Source of the DNA: Octopus vulgaris
Lineage: Eukaryota
Length of the DNA stretch: 64,000 nucleotides
Assembly: GCA_951406725.2 (NCBI GenBank)
Contig: OX597818.1
Location: 79,360,001-79,424,000 of the forward strand
Direction: 5' to 3'
Positions within the stretch are counted from its first letter, which is position 1, and each line of letters opens with the position of its first letter. Position numbers and translations under genes: made by a program. Of this stretch, positions 1 through 13,470 are shown one piece after another. The notes beneath the pieces are model-generated. The model had not been told where the DNA came from, ran no database searches, and saw only the letters and a list, made by a program, of their open reading frames with translations.

Positions 1-60
1 ACAGACGGACAGACAAAAGGACAGATAGACAGAAAGACAGACAGACAGACAGACAGATAG

Positions 61-98
<38 letters not shown>

Positions 99-138
99 AC
101 AGAGTCAGACCCATTGATAAACAGAGTCAGAGATAGAT
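1..138. repeat. (GACA)n/(GATA)n microsatellite
   Basis: Directly visible tetranucleotide repeats. Confidence 0.95.
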
Positions 139-830
139 ATGTTTCTTTATTAGCCACACAGGGCTGCACACAGACAGGACAAATTACAAGGTAGAACTTT
201 TCTTTTGGGGGTAAAAAAGGTGATTTGGTTTTCGATCAATAGGGATCGTTATCACAGAAATGTCAATATAAAGTGTAAAGGGGGGGTGGCAGGTGAGGTT
301 TACCCGTGGAAAGAAAAGCCTATGGAAAAAACCACGGTAACCTCGGTCAATGAAGTCACAGGTTATATATATTTTTTTTTTTACAAATAAACAACTCTCT
401 GTCTTAATTTTTACGGTTCAGAGGATCATAGTCAAGGTGGCTTCGTCATTCATACGTGCCATCCTTGCTACATTCACCCATCTTTTTTTAAAACATTCAC
501 TAGACAAAACTTGCCTCTCTACTCTCACTTTCCTCTTCAAGTGATACTTGAAGAAGTTGATGAGAGATTGACCAGAGAGGAAAGTGTTTGTCTCTAATCC
601 TTTCAGGCGCGTCCACCAGATACATTCTTTCGTCATAGCCACAAGTATGATAAAAATAGCTCTTCCTTCCCGTTTGAAGGAAGGAGGCGTGACGATATTA
701 ACGATAGACTCGGCTGATAAACCGACACGTCCCACATGTGACAGCAGTCGTTCGACATAAGCCCACAGGTCGGAGATTGTTGGACACTGCACGATTGCGT
801 GCAGAGCGGTTTCGTCGCTCTGCCTGCAAG
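139..830 (-). mobile_element. 5'-truncated Tx1/L1-clade LINE: ORF2 C-terminus and 3' UTR
   Basis: ORF 418-837(-) contains CxxxxETxxHxxxxC (CRQSDETALHAIVQCPTISDLW, zf-RVT-like). AATAAA lies on the minus strand just before the (TATC)n tract. Confidence 0.8.
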
Positions 831-1535
831 TGTTCACATGGTTATGTAATTGTAATAATGAGAATCAAGCGATTAGATATACATACACATATGTAATATA
901 TTCGTGACCGCTATTTCCTATTGGCTAAACACACATTTGAATTTATTTGAAAATTAAAAGCCACTCTCATACCTCATCTTATCGCTTGAAAAGTTACCTC
1001 AAATGCCAAACCTTACGATAAAACTTGCCAAATTTGTACTACTGAATTGTATGACATTATAATCTCCAAAATATTTATTTAGGAAACATTCTGATACAAC
1101 TCTTCCTTGATGACAGACTGACAATTCCCGAAACTTTTATAAAGCTTTGCAAAATATAAATAAATCAGAATATCTTTTCCGTTAGCGAAATAACAAAATT
1201 AATCTCCATTTTTCTCTTTACTTAGTCAAAATGCATATGTAATCTCTTTTTTTTTACGTTTGTTTGAATTAGCATATATGGTACGGCGGAGGCAATCACA
1301 TCACATGAATGTATTTTCATGCTGAAGAACCTGATAGCCTGACACTCTTTTTACATTTACGCCACAATATGAACACGTACATATCTATATATTCATTGCA
1401 TATGCAGCATACATTTAAACATAGGTTCATATATATATATATGCATATATATATATACATATACAATACATACGTACATACAGAAATTATATATATGAAA
1501 TAAAAACAAATAAGTGGATTATATACATTTCTACT

Positions 1536-1738
1536 GTAGGCACAAGGCCCGAAATTTTGGGAGAAGGGGCCAGTCGATTAGATCGACCCCAGTACGCAAC
1601 TGGTACTTAATTTATCGACCCTGAAAGGATGAAAGGCAAAGTCGACTTCGGCGGAGTTTGAACTCAGAATGTAACGGCAGATGAAATACCGCTAAGCATT
1701 TTCCCTGGCCTACTAATGTTTCAGCCAACTTGCCACCG
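1536..1738 (-). mobile_element. tRNA-derived SINE family A (octopus OR-type)
   Basis: Reverse complement matches the copies at 2516 and 34811: Pol III A/B-box-like head (TGGCAGAAACGTTAG...GAGTTCAAATTCC) and GCCTTTCATCCTTTCGGGGTCGATAAA core. Confidence 0.85.
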
Positions 1739-2515
1739 TAAATAAGTAGATTATATAGTCTCACCACAGTGTTACATTAATAGTTTTTATTGAGACCAAC
1801 ATCGTACATTCAGTTATGAAAGACGTATAATATTTTATAAGGTCATACAATACATTGAAATTTAATAATTTCCATTGTAATGAATGTTCGCTGTTGCTCT
1901 TAGATTTTTGATGAAGTCATAGATATAGAGGCAAATATGTCATTCAACTTTTCTTCAGTTTTTTTAAATATCATTATTCGCTCTTATCAATTACAATTTG
2001 TCTCAAACCACTTGTCTCGCTTGACCGCAGTTTGGATATCAATCTTTTTCTGGTAATTTAGTTCGATTATAGTGCCCACTACTCACAAACTGAACTGTCG
2101 TTATTTCGCCTATAAATGTTCGTATGTTGATAAACATGCTAATCTAACATATCAAATAGCGACCTACATGTGGTTGTCCGATGATTTGGGAAATTATTGT
2201 ATTGGAGTATATTGCATAACCTTATCGACGTTACACATTTTACATAATTTAATAGGCGATGTTATGTCACAGTTAAATCCATTATTGTAACATTGTAACG
2301 AGATCATTTAATATAGCTGTCCGTTTTTATTATGACATTACACCACACTTAAATTTCCTCTCAACTGCGGATACTCTTGGACTTACGGATTACCAAACAC
2401 CGGTAAACTTCTATTCCTTGATGAACACTTCCCTAATGGAATGATGAGATGGAATATATATGCGTTGATTTGTGTCTTTCTCATATACCTCAATCTTTAA
2501 GCAGATCCCCTAAAA

Positions 2516-2928
2516 GGGGGCGAGCTGGCAGAATCGTTAGCACGCCAGGCGAAATGCTGAGCGGTATTTCGTCTGTCCTTATGTTCTGAGTTCAAATTCC
2601 GCCGAGGTCGACTTTGCCTTTCATCCTTTCGAGGTCGATTAAATAAGTACCAGTTACACACTGGGGTCGAAATAATTCACTTAATCCGTTTGTCTGTCCT
2701 TATTTGTCCTCTCTGTATTTAGCCCCTTGTGGGCAGTAAAGAAATAGGTATTTCGTCTGCGTTACGTCTGAGTTCAAATTCCGCCGAAGTCGACTTTGCC
2801 TTTCATCCTTTCGGGGTCGATAAATTAAGTACCAGTTACGCACTGGGGTCGATGTAATCGACTTAATCCCTTTGTCTGTCCTTGTTTGTTCCTTCTATGT
2901 TTAGCCCCTTGTGGGCAATAAAGAAATA
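2516..2928 (+). mobile_element. SINE family A, partial tandem dimer with 13-bp TSD
   Basis: Full monomer followed by a second copy restarting at GGTATTTCGTCTG (~2746). AGATCCCCTAAAA occurs at 2503-2515 and 2929-2941. Confidence 0.9.
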
Positions 2929-2934
2929 AGATCC

Positions 2935-3685
2935 CCTAAAATTGGTGCCCTTATGCCTAAATTTGAAACCAGTGTTAGCGAATGTGCGCTTATAAAGTAA
3001 TATAAACATATACTGTTTACAATTTAATTATCACATATATGTTTACTATTAAAGGTTAAGTCAGAGTATAAACGTTATAATGATTAAATATAAATAACTG
3101 AAAAACTAGAAATATAATCTGCACACACACATACACATGAGAATGTGTGTGTGTGAGTATTTGCATGTATGTGTATTATATATATATATGCGTGCATATA
3201 TGTATATGTGTGTGTTTGTGTGTGTATGTATGTATGTATGTATGTATGTATGTATGTATGCATAATAGAATAAGAAATAGAAATAGAAGAGTCCTTGGTA
3301 CAGCATTGTATACTTGGAAATTGAATAGAAATGGCTTTTCAAATCATTTTCCCACTTCAATAATTAGTTGTTCATAAGTTATTAGGTGTATACACATACA
3401 TATATAAATATATACACAGACACACATACACACACGTGTATGTTGCGTGTGTGCGTGTGTGAGTGCATTGTGTGTATGTTTGTGTGTGTGAGTGTCTGTG
3501 GGTGCAGATTATATTTTTATTTTGTCAATTGCTTTATTTTTACATTATTTTCTTATGCTCTGACTTAACCTTTAATAGTAAACATATATGTGATAATTAA
3601 ATTGTAAACAGTATATGTTTATATTAGTGTATATGTGCTCATTCACTAATACTGGTTTCAAATTTTGGGCAGCAATCTTGGGGGT
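2935..3685. repeat. Inverted duplication with ~200-bp arms (2935-3135 and ~3495-3685)
   Basis: TAATATAAACATATACTGTTTACAATTTAATTATCACATATATGTTTACTATTAAAGGTTAAGTCAGAG (~2998-3066) has its reverse complement at ~3558-3626. Confidence 0.9.
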
Positions 3686-3860
3686 GGGGTTACATCGATT
3701 GGATCCACCCCATAGCTGAACTGATACTTATTTTATCGACCCCAAAATGATAAAAGGCAAATTTGACCTCGGCGGAATTTGAACTAAGAGCGCAAAGACG
3801 GACGAAATGCTGCTAAGCATTTCGACCGGTGTGCTCACGATCCCGGCAACTCGCAGCCTG
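3652..3860 (-). mobile_element. SINE family A, diverged
   Basis: Similarity to the other family A copies. Confidence 0.8.
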
Positions 3861-4097
3861 GCTCATTCATTAATATTGACTTACATTTCCAAGCAGTATC
3901 CCTTGCTTCCGTATGCGTTTAGGCTTCCAAAATGTATCATTCTGTCAATAGCCTCACATATATTTGCACGCAATGATGGTGACAATTCCCATTTGTTACA
4001 GTTTATATGATTGTAATTAGATTCCATAACATATGCAGTGACATGGGCAACTGACTGTTAATATTGCCCTGAGCCGACCAATGTCTTGTGTGCGAAG

Positions 4098-4255
<158 letters not shown>

Positions 4256-5184
4256 CCACTGCTTGAAAACAACTGTCGAGAATAAGTATTAGACTTTTTA
4301 AAGAATAAGAAGTGAAGTTAATTTGTTCTACCAAACCTTTCAAATGCTGCCCCATCATGGCCGCAACCCAATGACTGAAACAAGTAAAAAATGAGGAAAT
4401 AACTAATAATACTCCAATATAACAATGATACATAAAGGCTCCTATATTATTTTATATTATATCAATATTTTGTATTATATTATATTACATAATATTATAT
4501 TATATTATATTGTATCATATATTCTATTATATCATTTATCAAATTAAATCAGCTACTACCCTTTCTATATTTGAATATATCTTTCCCACTTGAGAATTTT
4601 TCTTTACTATTGTGTATACGTCCTTTCTTATACTCTGTATAATTTTCTCTAGCATTCGTCCGAATTAACCGATCCTTTTAAGCTACAATGTCATATAATT
4701 ACTTCTTTTTCATTTATATATTTTCATAATTCTATGAATTTATTTATTTACAAAAGCGCTATAATTTCTAGGTTTTAAAGAATCCATAACTGAATTTTTA
4801 TACACATTTTGAACACCTTTTATATTTCCTTATTTCCTGTAAGTGTGTAGGAGTGTGTGTGAACGCTGTTATGGTACTTTCCTGTTGTTGACTTTCTTGA
4901 AATATAAGTAAAACCTTTGTCTATTTAAATCAATACTCTAAAGTAATTTCAGTTATTTTTTCATTAAAATTTACATTACCTATTCAAGAGACTTCTAGCC
5001 GAATTGAGTAATTCAATAGTTCTTATTAGCAGTCATACAATATTTATATGTTTCACTATCACACACACACACATACGGACAAGCACTCACACAAGCATAT
5101 ACACATCCATATATGCATACACACACACACACATACACACACATATATATATATATATATACATATATACAAATATTATGTACG

Positions 5185-5215
<31 letters not shown>

Positions 5216-6510
5216 ATTCGTTATTCTAATATATAACTACAAAAGAGATTCTTTTGAAAAATTTTAAAATAGGAAGTCATAGTAGTTCTTTCTATCTACA
5301 GACTTATACAAACACAATTATATAAGAAACTGATATCAAATTGAAAGTACACACACACGTATACACATACATGGATATACTCATGCACGTGATCATTTAG
5401 AACGTTAGATACTTACTTCACATATATACCGTATAACACTTTACCACTGTTACAATGACACTAGCCGTTCAAAAACATACGAAAACCATTAATTTCACTT
5501 AGGAATCTATTACTTGGTGTCAGTATTTTCCTCGCACTATCTGTGACTTTATCAATGACACTGCAGTGGACTGCGCCAGCGACCAAGTTGAAGCTGACGC
5601 GACGAAAGTTTTGACATCAAAAAATAAATGTTTAAATGTGTATTTCAATGGCTAATGTGTATGTCTTCTTTGCAGTAATTATTCTAGTTTTAATACAGTC
5701 TCAGATCAAATTGCTAACCAGACAATTACATCACAGAAAATTTGTAAAAGTCAGTGCATTCGCAGATAAGCTACAGTTTTCAATTTAAACTTATAATAAT
5801 AACCTACATACAATAAATCTTATTATTCTTCATTTTTCCTTCCTCTATTGTATTTATAATCTTCCTTTTAATCATCACTTCTATTGACCTATCTATATCA
5901 AATAAGTCTTGACCTGTAATTATTTATTAAGTTTACCGCATCGAATTAAATATCAATTACTTTCATTGAGACATTTAACGATTATTATTATAACCAATTG
6001 AGGTAGTATTAATTTAAAATAAAAGTCTTTGTATCATACCTAACGTATATACATCCTTACATCGTTGATAAACCAGTGAATGCGGTAATTGTCTTGAGAA
6101 AACACCACTTCAGGACGCGGTGGGTTGAAAACAACTACATATATATATATGCTCCGGCATCAAGCATGTGTAGACAGATTGCAACACAATTGTTCTCTTT
6201 GTGATCTGCCGTGGCTCAGTATCCAATTGCACATGGAACACACATCTTGTGCTTATGCTTTTTCGTACCTTTACTCTGTTACAACTGCTAAGTACAGTTG
6301 AAACCATATGACTTTAACGGAGGTAAATTAGTTGTACAAAGAAGAAATACTACATATATACATACATACATCCATACATATGGGTTAATGTTTGTTTTGG
6401 TGCTGTTTTTATGCTAATGCTAACATCAGTAAAACATAACCTTTCAGGAAGATTATTAAATTGGTATCTATTTGTATCATATTTGTTTCACACACACACA
6501 CACACATACA

Positions 6511-6582
<72 letters not shown>

Positions 6583-6590
<8 letters not shown>

Positions 6591-6935
6591 TAAATTAGAG
6601 ACAAACACAAACAATGAAAATCTTACACATAAGATTATTTAATTTATATTATTTAAATATATAACAAAATATCTAAAAAATATAATTAATATCACACTAC
6701 GATCGTTTCATGGCTGTTAACTTCTTCAAATTTTTGAGTCACAGTCATTCATCAGGTGGTTTAAATATTTATCTTGGCGAGGTTTAAACATCGTAGTGTG
6801 ATATTAATTATATTTTTTAATAATTTTGTTATATATTTAAATAATATAAATTAAATAATCTTATGTATTGGCTTAAGTTTTTCATTGTTTGATTTGCCTA
6901 ATAGTGGTTTTGTCCCTAATTTAATATAATATAAT
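6583..6935. mobile_element. Fold-back element in (TA)n, probably a Penelope pLTR remnant with a partial inverted copy
   Basis: Arms 6583-6703 and 6790-6935 are reverse complements; a hammerhead motif spans the left arm and loop. Confidence 0.7.
6695..6758 (-). ncRNA. Minimal type I hammerhead ribozyme motif
   Basis: Minus strand reads CAC-CTGATGA-ATGACTGT...ACAGCCAT-GAAAC-GATC-GTA-GTG. Confidence 0.65.
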
Positions 6936-7006
6936 ATTTTACTATAAAATTGAATTCAATCCTAAATCTGATTTTTCTCTGTAAGTTTGGATTTATTCCT
7001 AATATT

Positions 7007-7060
<54 letters not shown>

Positions 7061-7498
7061 ATATATAGCTGATTGGCGGGGAGACATGTATATGCGCTAT
7101 TAATTTAACGTCGCCCTTCTACTAAATTCTGTTTCCTGTTATCTAATAAATTGTAAGAGGTAATACATATACGAGAAAAACATAGCACTAAATATATATA
7201 TATATATATATATCAAACATGTTACAGTTGCCAACAATGTAAGAGTGCCAGCAAAACAAACATCCCCTTCAGAAACAACTGGTGTTAGCTGATGGCACTA
7301 TATAATGTGTGTCTCGTATGGATTTTTACATTTTGCGATATGCTAGAAATATAATAAGAGTGGAAGAACAAAAGGAAGAAGAAAACAAAAGATGAAAGTG
7401 GAAAGTGCTTTGAATATTACGAGAACATTATTTTATTCATATTTATATTGCTTTCTCCAATGTTTGCATTGACTGATATTAATAAATTTAACCGTTAA

Positions 7499-7616
<118 letters not shown>

Positions 7617-8246
7617 GTTATTATTTGATTTCCATATTGAAATATAAATCGGTGTTAAAGAGATTAAATTCTTTGAGATCATTCTCTGCAGTACATGTAG
7701 TTTTGAATTAGTTTGTTTATTTTGGAGCGATTACAAGTTTGGCATATGTATATGATCTGTGTATATGTGCGTTTGTGTGTGTGTGCGCACGCGTGTAGCT
7801 TTTGTTTTGATTCACGTGTAACTGTTTGTCCATAATCTTCCACCATACATTTTAAAAATTAAGATATTACTTAGTTTAGATGGATTCTTTTCGTTTTTTT
7901 AGGAGTTCTCTTTGTTTTTACATTTTAAAAACGTGCTTTAAATCAGCCACCAAAAAGAATCATCTTGAACATCATACAAATATTTTCCAAAATCAAATTG
8001 CAATGTTTTTAGTTTTACTATGCAAATTTACTATATTTTGTACTTTGATATGTAAATTTTCTATGAAAATTTATGCAAATATCCGTCATCAAATATTAGC
8101 TTAAAGGGTGTATGTATACACACACACACTGACACACCCGCAGTCACACAGTCACAGACACATTTGTTTTCATTTGATTAACACATCATTTGGACTTCAA
8201 GGTTTCGATTTAGCATGGATTTTGTATTTAGTCGCAATTTATTTTT

Positions 8247-8287
<41 letters not shown>

Positions 8288-8820
8288 GAGTGAGAGAGCA
8301 GTGCATGCCATCAAAGTGACACTGGGGTAAAATATACAAAGCCCAGTATACCCATCATGACTACCTGTCTGATAAGGGCACACCAGGCATATGCATCACA
8401 ACCATATGTGCGCGACATGATTTCATATCAAGATAAACAGCGCATGACCTTGCAGGTGGGGTCCAGTTAGAATTTTCTTCAGGTCGAGTAGCCCATCCCA
8501 CTCAAAAGGTCCTTGAATAAGGATTAAGGATGTTGAACGAAACACCCATGTTTCCGAAGGTGAATTATCCAAACCCCAAAGAAAATCCTCCCAACACATG
8601 GCTATGATGCTCCCCCACTACTTCTGCTCGTGATCAGAGATGCACGTATTCTCAGCCACTAAGGCACATGCTTAACTGGTTAAGGTCAAGCAACTGACAA
8701 GCAAATCTGTGATACTGAGCAGCATATTTGCTGTAGCCCATCTTTTATACCAAGACAAAACAATGTACATGATGACACCTCCAATCAGTTAAGATCAGAA
8801 GCCCTGAGAGCCACTGACTG

Positions 8821-8821
<1 letters not shown>
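8288..8821 (-). mobile_element. ~540-bp non-coding interspersed element embedded in (TAA)n, copy 1
   Basis: Closely similar copies at 15105-15650 and 41373-41920, each flanked by (TTA)n on both sides; strand inferred. Confidence 0.85.
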
Positions 8822-8872
<51 letters not shown>

Positions 8873-8873
<1 letters not shown>

Positions 8874-9304
8874 TTTTTTTTTCTTCTTTCAAATTTGTTT
8901 CCATTTCTTGCCGAGTGTCTTCCCGACTCCTAGGGCAAAGAAACTCATAGTATACATTGGTAGGCCATTAAACCAAACTCAATAGTTCGTTCATTATTTT
9001 TTTTTTTAAGTTAAATTAAAATACATGAGCAGCAACAGTTCTCACATCGACAATGCTCTTCTCAATACGTGTGATGTACCAGTTAAGACAATCTTTTGCA
9101 CTTCTTGCAGGGATGGTAAGCCAGGGATCATTCTCATATAATTTTCGGTTCCCTTCTTGATCATTCCTAGTGCTCCTACGATCATTGGTATTGTAACCGC
9201 CTTGAGATGCCACATTTTCTCAATTTCAATGAGTAGGTCTTTATATTTTATGAGCTTGTCAAACTCTTTCGCTGATATATTATGATCACAGGGGATGCTC
9301 ATGC
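8873..9304 (-). mobile_element. R4/Dong-type RLE LINE, 3' fragment
   Basis: SIPCDHNISAKEFDKLIKYKDLLIEIEKMWHLKAVTIPMIVGALG is the restriction-like endonuclease C-terminus; (TAA)n on both sides. Confidence 0.85.
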
Positions 9305-9365
<61 letters not shown>

Positions 9366-9391
9366 CATTATTATTACTATTATTATTATTA

Positions 9392-9437
<46 letters not shown>

Positions 9438-9459
9438 TATTATCATAATTATTATTATT

Positions 9460-9555
<96 letters not shown>
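9305..9555. repeat. (TTA)n abutting (TAA)n, an inverted microsatellite
   Basis: Strand switch at ~9463. Confidence 0.95.
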
Positions 9556-9556
<1 letters not shown>

Positions 9557-11946
9557 TTAACGCCGCCTTAGGGGAGACGGGGGTATTGTTTTAAGTCGTC
9601 TTTGTTTGCTTGTTTGTTCGTTGTCAAGATATCTCAAGTAATGATGGATGGATTCGGATGACACTTTCAGGGATGTTTGGCGTTGTGACTGGCACGAACG
9701 GATTAGATTTTGGGAATGATTCAGTGCCGGACACGGATTCTGGATTATTTGTTATATTTACTTTACATGATTCCGATCTTATGTTGACTTTCAGTTCTTT
9801 TTCAGTTATCTCCCTTTAGGCTGTTTCCAAGTTTTATTTTCGTTTTTCTATTTTTAATTTTACTCGCCTCTCCATCTTAGTAGAAACTGCTGGATGAAAA
9901 AGTCAAACTACGTAAACAAACAGCAGCAAAACCGTTCAGAAATTAAATAACACTAATATATTTTTATAATATATATTCATGACTACCATTGGAATCGATC
10001 AGGTTACGGACAAGGATTTTGGATTATTTTTCCGTTTTTTTTTTACTTAATTTTTGAGAGCGGTCGGGTTCATTTTTAGTATTCACGTTTGTGAGAGCAG
10101 TCGGGTTTACTTCAGATATTCTTATTTTAAAAATCATCTCTGGCTAATCGTCGAGTGGACGTTGGTGTTGCCTTTGCGGAGATTCGTATTACAGGTGGTT
10201 TGAGTTGTTTTTGTCATGTTAGACGTAAGTCATAGTGTTAAATATTTGTTTGATTGATTGTTACTGTTCAAATTGTTGCTTGTATTATTTTGAATTGTTG
10301 TTTTTATCCATTGTGGGGAAAATGGAGAAAACTCCAGCAGGTGGCCACAGTTATGCGGCTGCAACTGGAAAAGGGATAGACGTGGAAACGCTAGAGGTAC
10401 GAGAAATAAAGGTTGAACCTCGAAAAATGAAGGAATGCGAGAAGTTGCTGGAAAGAGATGGAAATTCACTGAAATTAACGCCGCCTGTGGAACTAACAAC
10501 CAATGTAATGAAAAGAACGGTGATATATAAGAATGAAGATAGCAACAAGGAAAATAGAAATAGCGACAATAGAGGCTATTGAAGAATGTTTGAAGAATAT
10601 AAAAAGACTACCCACATTTATAACAAGAGGGAGAAAGTACACTACTGTGGAGGTGGGTTTTGCATCAGAAGAGGAAGTAATTAAGCACTCCACGGAGGCA
10701 GTAAGATCGGAAGAATGGGTACTTTTACCATCGTACTGTGGCTAACGTGTGGCCAGGGTGCGAGTTGGCAAAGTGCCCCTTAAGATGAAAGAAGCATGGC
10801 TAATGACAGCCATAATGTATGACATGAATTGGGAGGCCACAAGAACCCAGAGAGTCAACTACTGGGGATATGGAATACAGTTAACCGTTCAAGCAACAGT
10901 GGAAGACCTAAAAAGAATTGTCGAAGATATAGTGCTGCCCGATGACGTAAGATTGAGAGTGGTGGTGGAGGGAAGGCCACCTATATGTTATACACGGGGG
11001 GAAAAGGGTCACATGAAGCCGAGGTGCTCCCAGAGGAAACAACAGAGAGGGCAGACGAAGAGACAGGAGAGCACGGACCAGGTTGTCGAGATAAAGGAGA
11101 AAGCAACGGAAGAGGGGTTCACGGTGTTAAAAAAAGAAAGAGAAGTGGGAGAGTGAGTTCTCCGCCAGAGCAGCAGAAAAAGAACCAGGAAGAGATGGAA
11201 AAGGAGGAGACTAGAAGGAAGTAAGACGAAATGGTGGTGGATAAAATAAGCGAAAAGGAACTTGAAGTGTTCAACGTGGATTTGCTTAAGGAATAGACCT
11301 TGGTGAAGACACCGGTTGTGGAGGAAGAAACTTTAGAAACGCAAGTGGAGAAACTGTTCAGAATAATGGAAGAAAAGAAGAAGGTACCAGGAGTGGAGCA
11401 GGAAAAGAGAAAACTAATAAAAAAAGGAAAATTTCGATGGAATTTTGTGACGTACGCAAACAGCAAGGAAACTGAAAAGAGTGTATTAAAGTTTAAACAT
11501 ATAAGAGTAAAGTTGCGCACGGATGTGTATTCCGAGAATGTGAAGGCCATCGTAGTTGACAAGAACACCTACAACAGACTAAAAGACATGTGTGGAGAAG
11601 GGATTGACCCGTCAGTAAGTAAAATTGTTTTAGTGAAGAAAGAAGGAAAAAATTTAAATTGTTTTATTTTTAAAAAGGGACAAAAACGAGATTAAGAAAT
11701 TAAAAAGGGACAAAAACGAGATTAATAGAACGATTGTAAATTGTTTATATAAACATACAAATGATACTGCATCGGAGCGGGGCCCATGCAGCCATTTCAT
11801 TCTTCATTTTTATATAACATCTCATTTTCATTCGTTTTATATTTTTGTCCAGACTGTAGTGTTGTGTCTGTCTTTGTAGTGATCCGTCTGTGTTGTGGCC
11901 GTAGTGCCAAAATAAAGAAACGGAGGTTTGCGCTCTCTGAGTGCTC
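9556..11946 (+). mobile_element. Non-autonomous Helentron/HINE (DINE-1-like) element, split by an insertion at 10182-11920
   Basis: 5' subterminal IR CGCCGCCTTAGG, a GTTT microsatellite, internal repeats, 3' IR CCTTTGCGGAG|G and terminal hairpin GCGCTC-TCT-GAGTGC at ~11930-11944. Confidence 0.65.
10182..11920 (+). mobile_element. ORF1-only L1/Tx1-like retroelement (HAL1-like), decayed
   Basis: Frameshifted ORF from ~10322 (MEKTPAGGHSYAAA) through a zinc knuckle (VVEGRPPICYTRGEKGHMKPRC) to 11695. No endonuclease or RT. Ends AATAAAGAAA; CGGAG flanks both sides (10177-81, 11921-25). Confidence 0.75.
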
Positions 11947-12006
11947 TTCTTCGTCTTCTTCTTCTGCTTCTTCTTCTTCATCTTCTTCTTCTTCTTCTTC
12001 TTCTTC

Positions 12007-12079
<73 letters not shown>

Positions 12080-12663
12080 CAATATTATTATTTTCTTCCT
12101 TATGCATACAGAAAGTGTTTAGGCTTTTCTTTTTCCATTTTCCTTTATTTAAATTTTGCCTTACTACTTTGAAAGATGCGTAGATCAATCTCTATACCAA
12201 CGCTTAATTTACAATCATTTTAAAATAATTTTTTTAATCTTTTCGAGATTGAATAACAGAATTTCAAATCCAAGAAAATCGATTTCACAAGAAATAATAA
12301 TTAGTAACTCAAATAAACTTCAAAATCGATAGGTTTCGAGAAAAACTACGAAACCAGCTTGTTATGAACAAAGTAACTGTTAGAATAATTAAACACAAAA
12401 TAGAATAAAAAATCAGAACCAGCATCAATAACTTTAAAACATACATCAAGCATACGGTATAACATTATGGAAACATTGAAAAGCTCTACTTTGTGGTTAG
12501 AAGATAAAAGCGTGTAACAATGGCAACTTCGCACGTGCACGCGCACGCACACAGATATATAAACACACACAAGCACATACATACACATGCACATGCATAA
12601 ATATATATGTATATATATAAATATACACTTATATATATATGTGTGTGTGTGTTTATGTATGTG

Positions 12664-12712
<49 letters not shown>

Positions 12713-12734
12713 TTATGTATTTATATATATGAAT

Positions 12735-12768
<34 letters not shown>

Positions 12769-12782
12769 ATATAGTATATATA

Positions 12783-12833
<51 letters not shown>

Positions 12834-12834
12834 T

Positions 12835-13059
12835 CTTACTCTTTACTCTTTTACTTGTTTCAGTCATTTGACTGCGGCCATGCTGGAGCACCGCCTTTAG
12901 TCGAGGAAATCGACCCCGGGACTTATTCTTTGTAAGCCCAGTACTTATTCTATCGGTCTCTTTTGCCGAACCGCTAAGTGATGGGGACGTAAACACACCA
13001 GCATCGGTTATCAAGCAATGCTAGGGGGACAAACACAGACACGTAAACATACACACAAA

Positions 13060-13104
<45 letters not shown>

Positions 13105-13266
13105 GACAGGCTTCTTTCAGTTTCCGTCTACCAAATCCACTCACAAGGCATTGGTCGGCCCGAGGTTATAGCAGAAGACACTTGCCCAAGATGCCACGCA
13201 GTGGGACTGAACCCGGAACCATGTGTTTGGTAAGCAAGCTACTTACCACACAGCCACTCCTGCGCC
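12835..13266 (-). mobile_element. tRNA-derived SINE family B with internal (TA)/(CA) tract
   Basis: Reverse complement starts GGCGCAGGAGTGGCTGTGTGGTAAG...GGTTCAGTCCC, has a CORE-like CTTGGGCAAGT and ends in a (TAAAAGAG)n tail. Confidence 0.9.
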
Positions 13267-13269
13267 TAT

Positions 13270-13470
13270 ATATAGCTCGAATTTATAGGAAACAAAAGAC
13301 GGGTGAGGAAACTTTAAGCGGATGTATTAGTTTGACGATCGGGAAGAATGGAAAAACCTTTGACGGTTCGATGCCATGTTCTTCGACAGAAAGGATTGTG
13401 AGGGAAAAATGGAGAGAGTACGAAAAGAAATGGGGTGAGAAAAGATTTGTAAGGGTTAATGGTTCGATAT
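13270..13470 (-). mobile_element. PLE-terminal-like repeat with a degenerate hammerhead variant (13357-13394)
   Basis: Homologous to 26683-26840; minus strand CTTT-CTGTCGA-AGAACATGGCATC-GAACC-GTC-AAAG. Confidence 0.45.
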
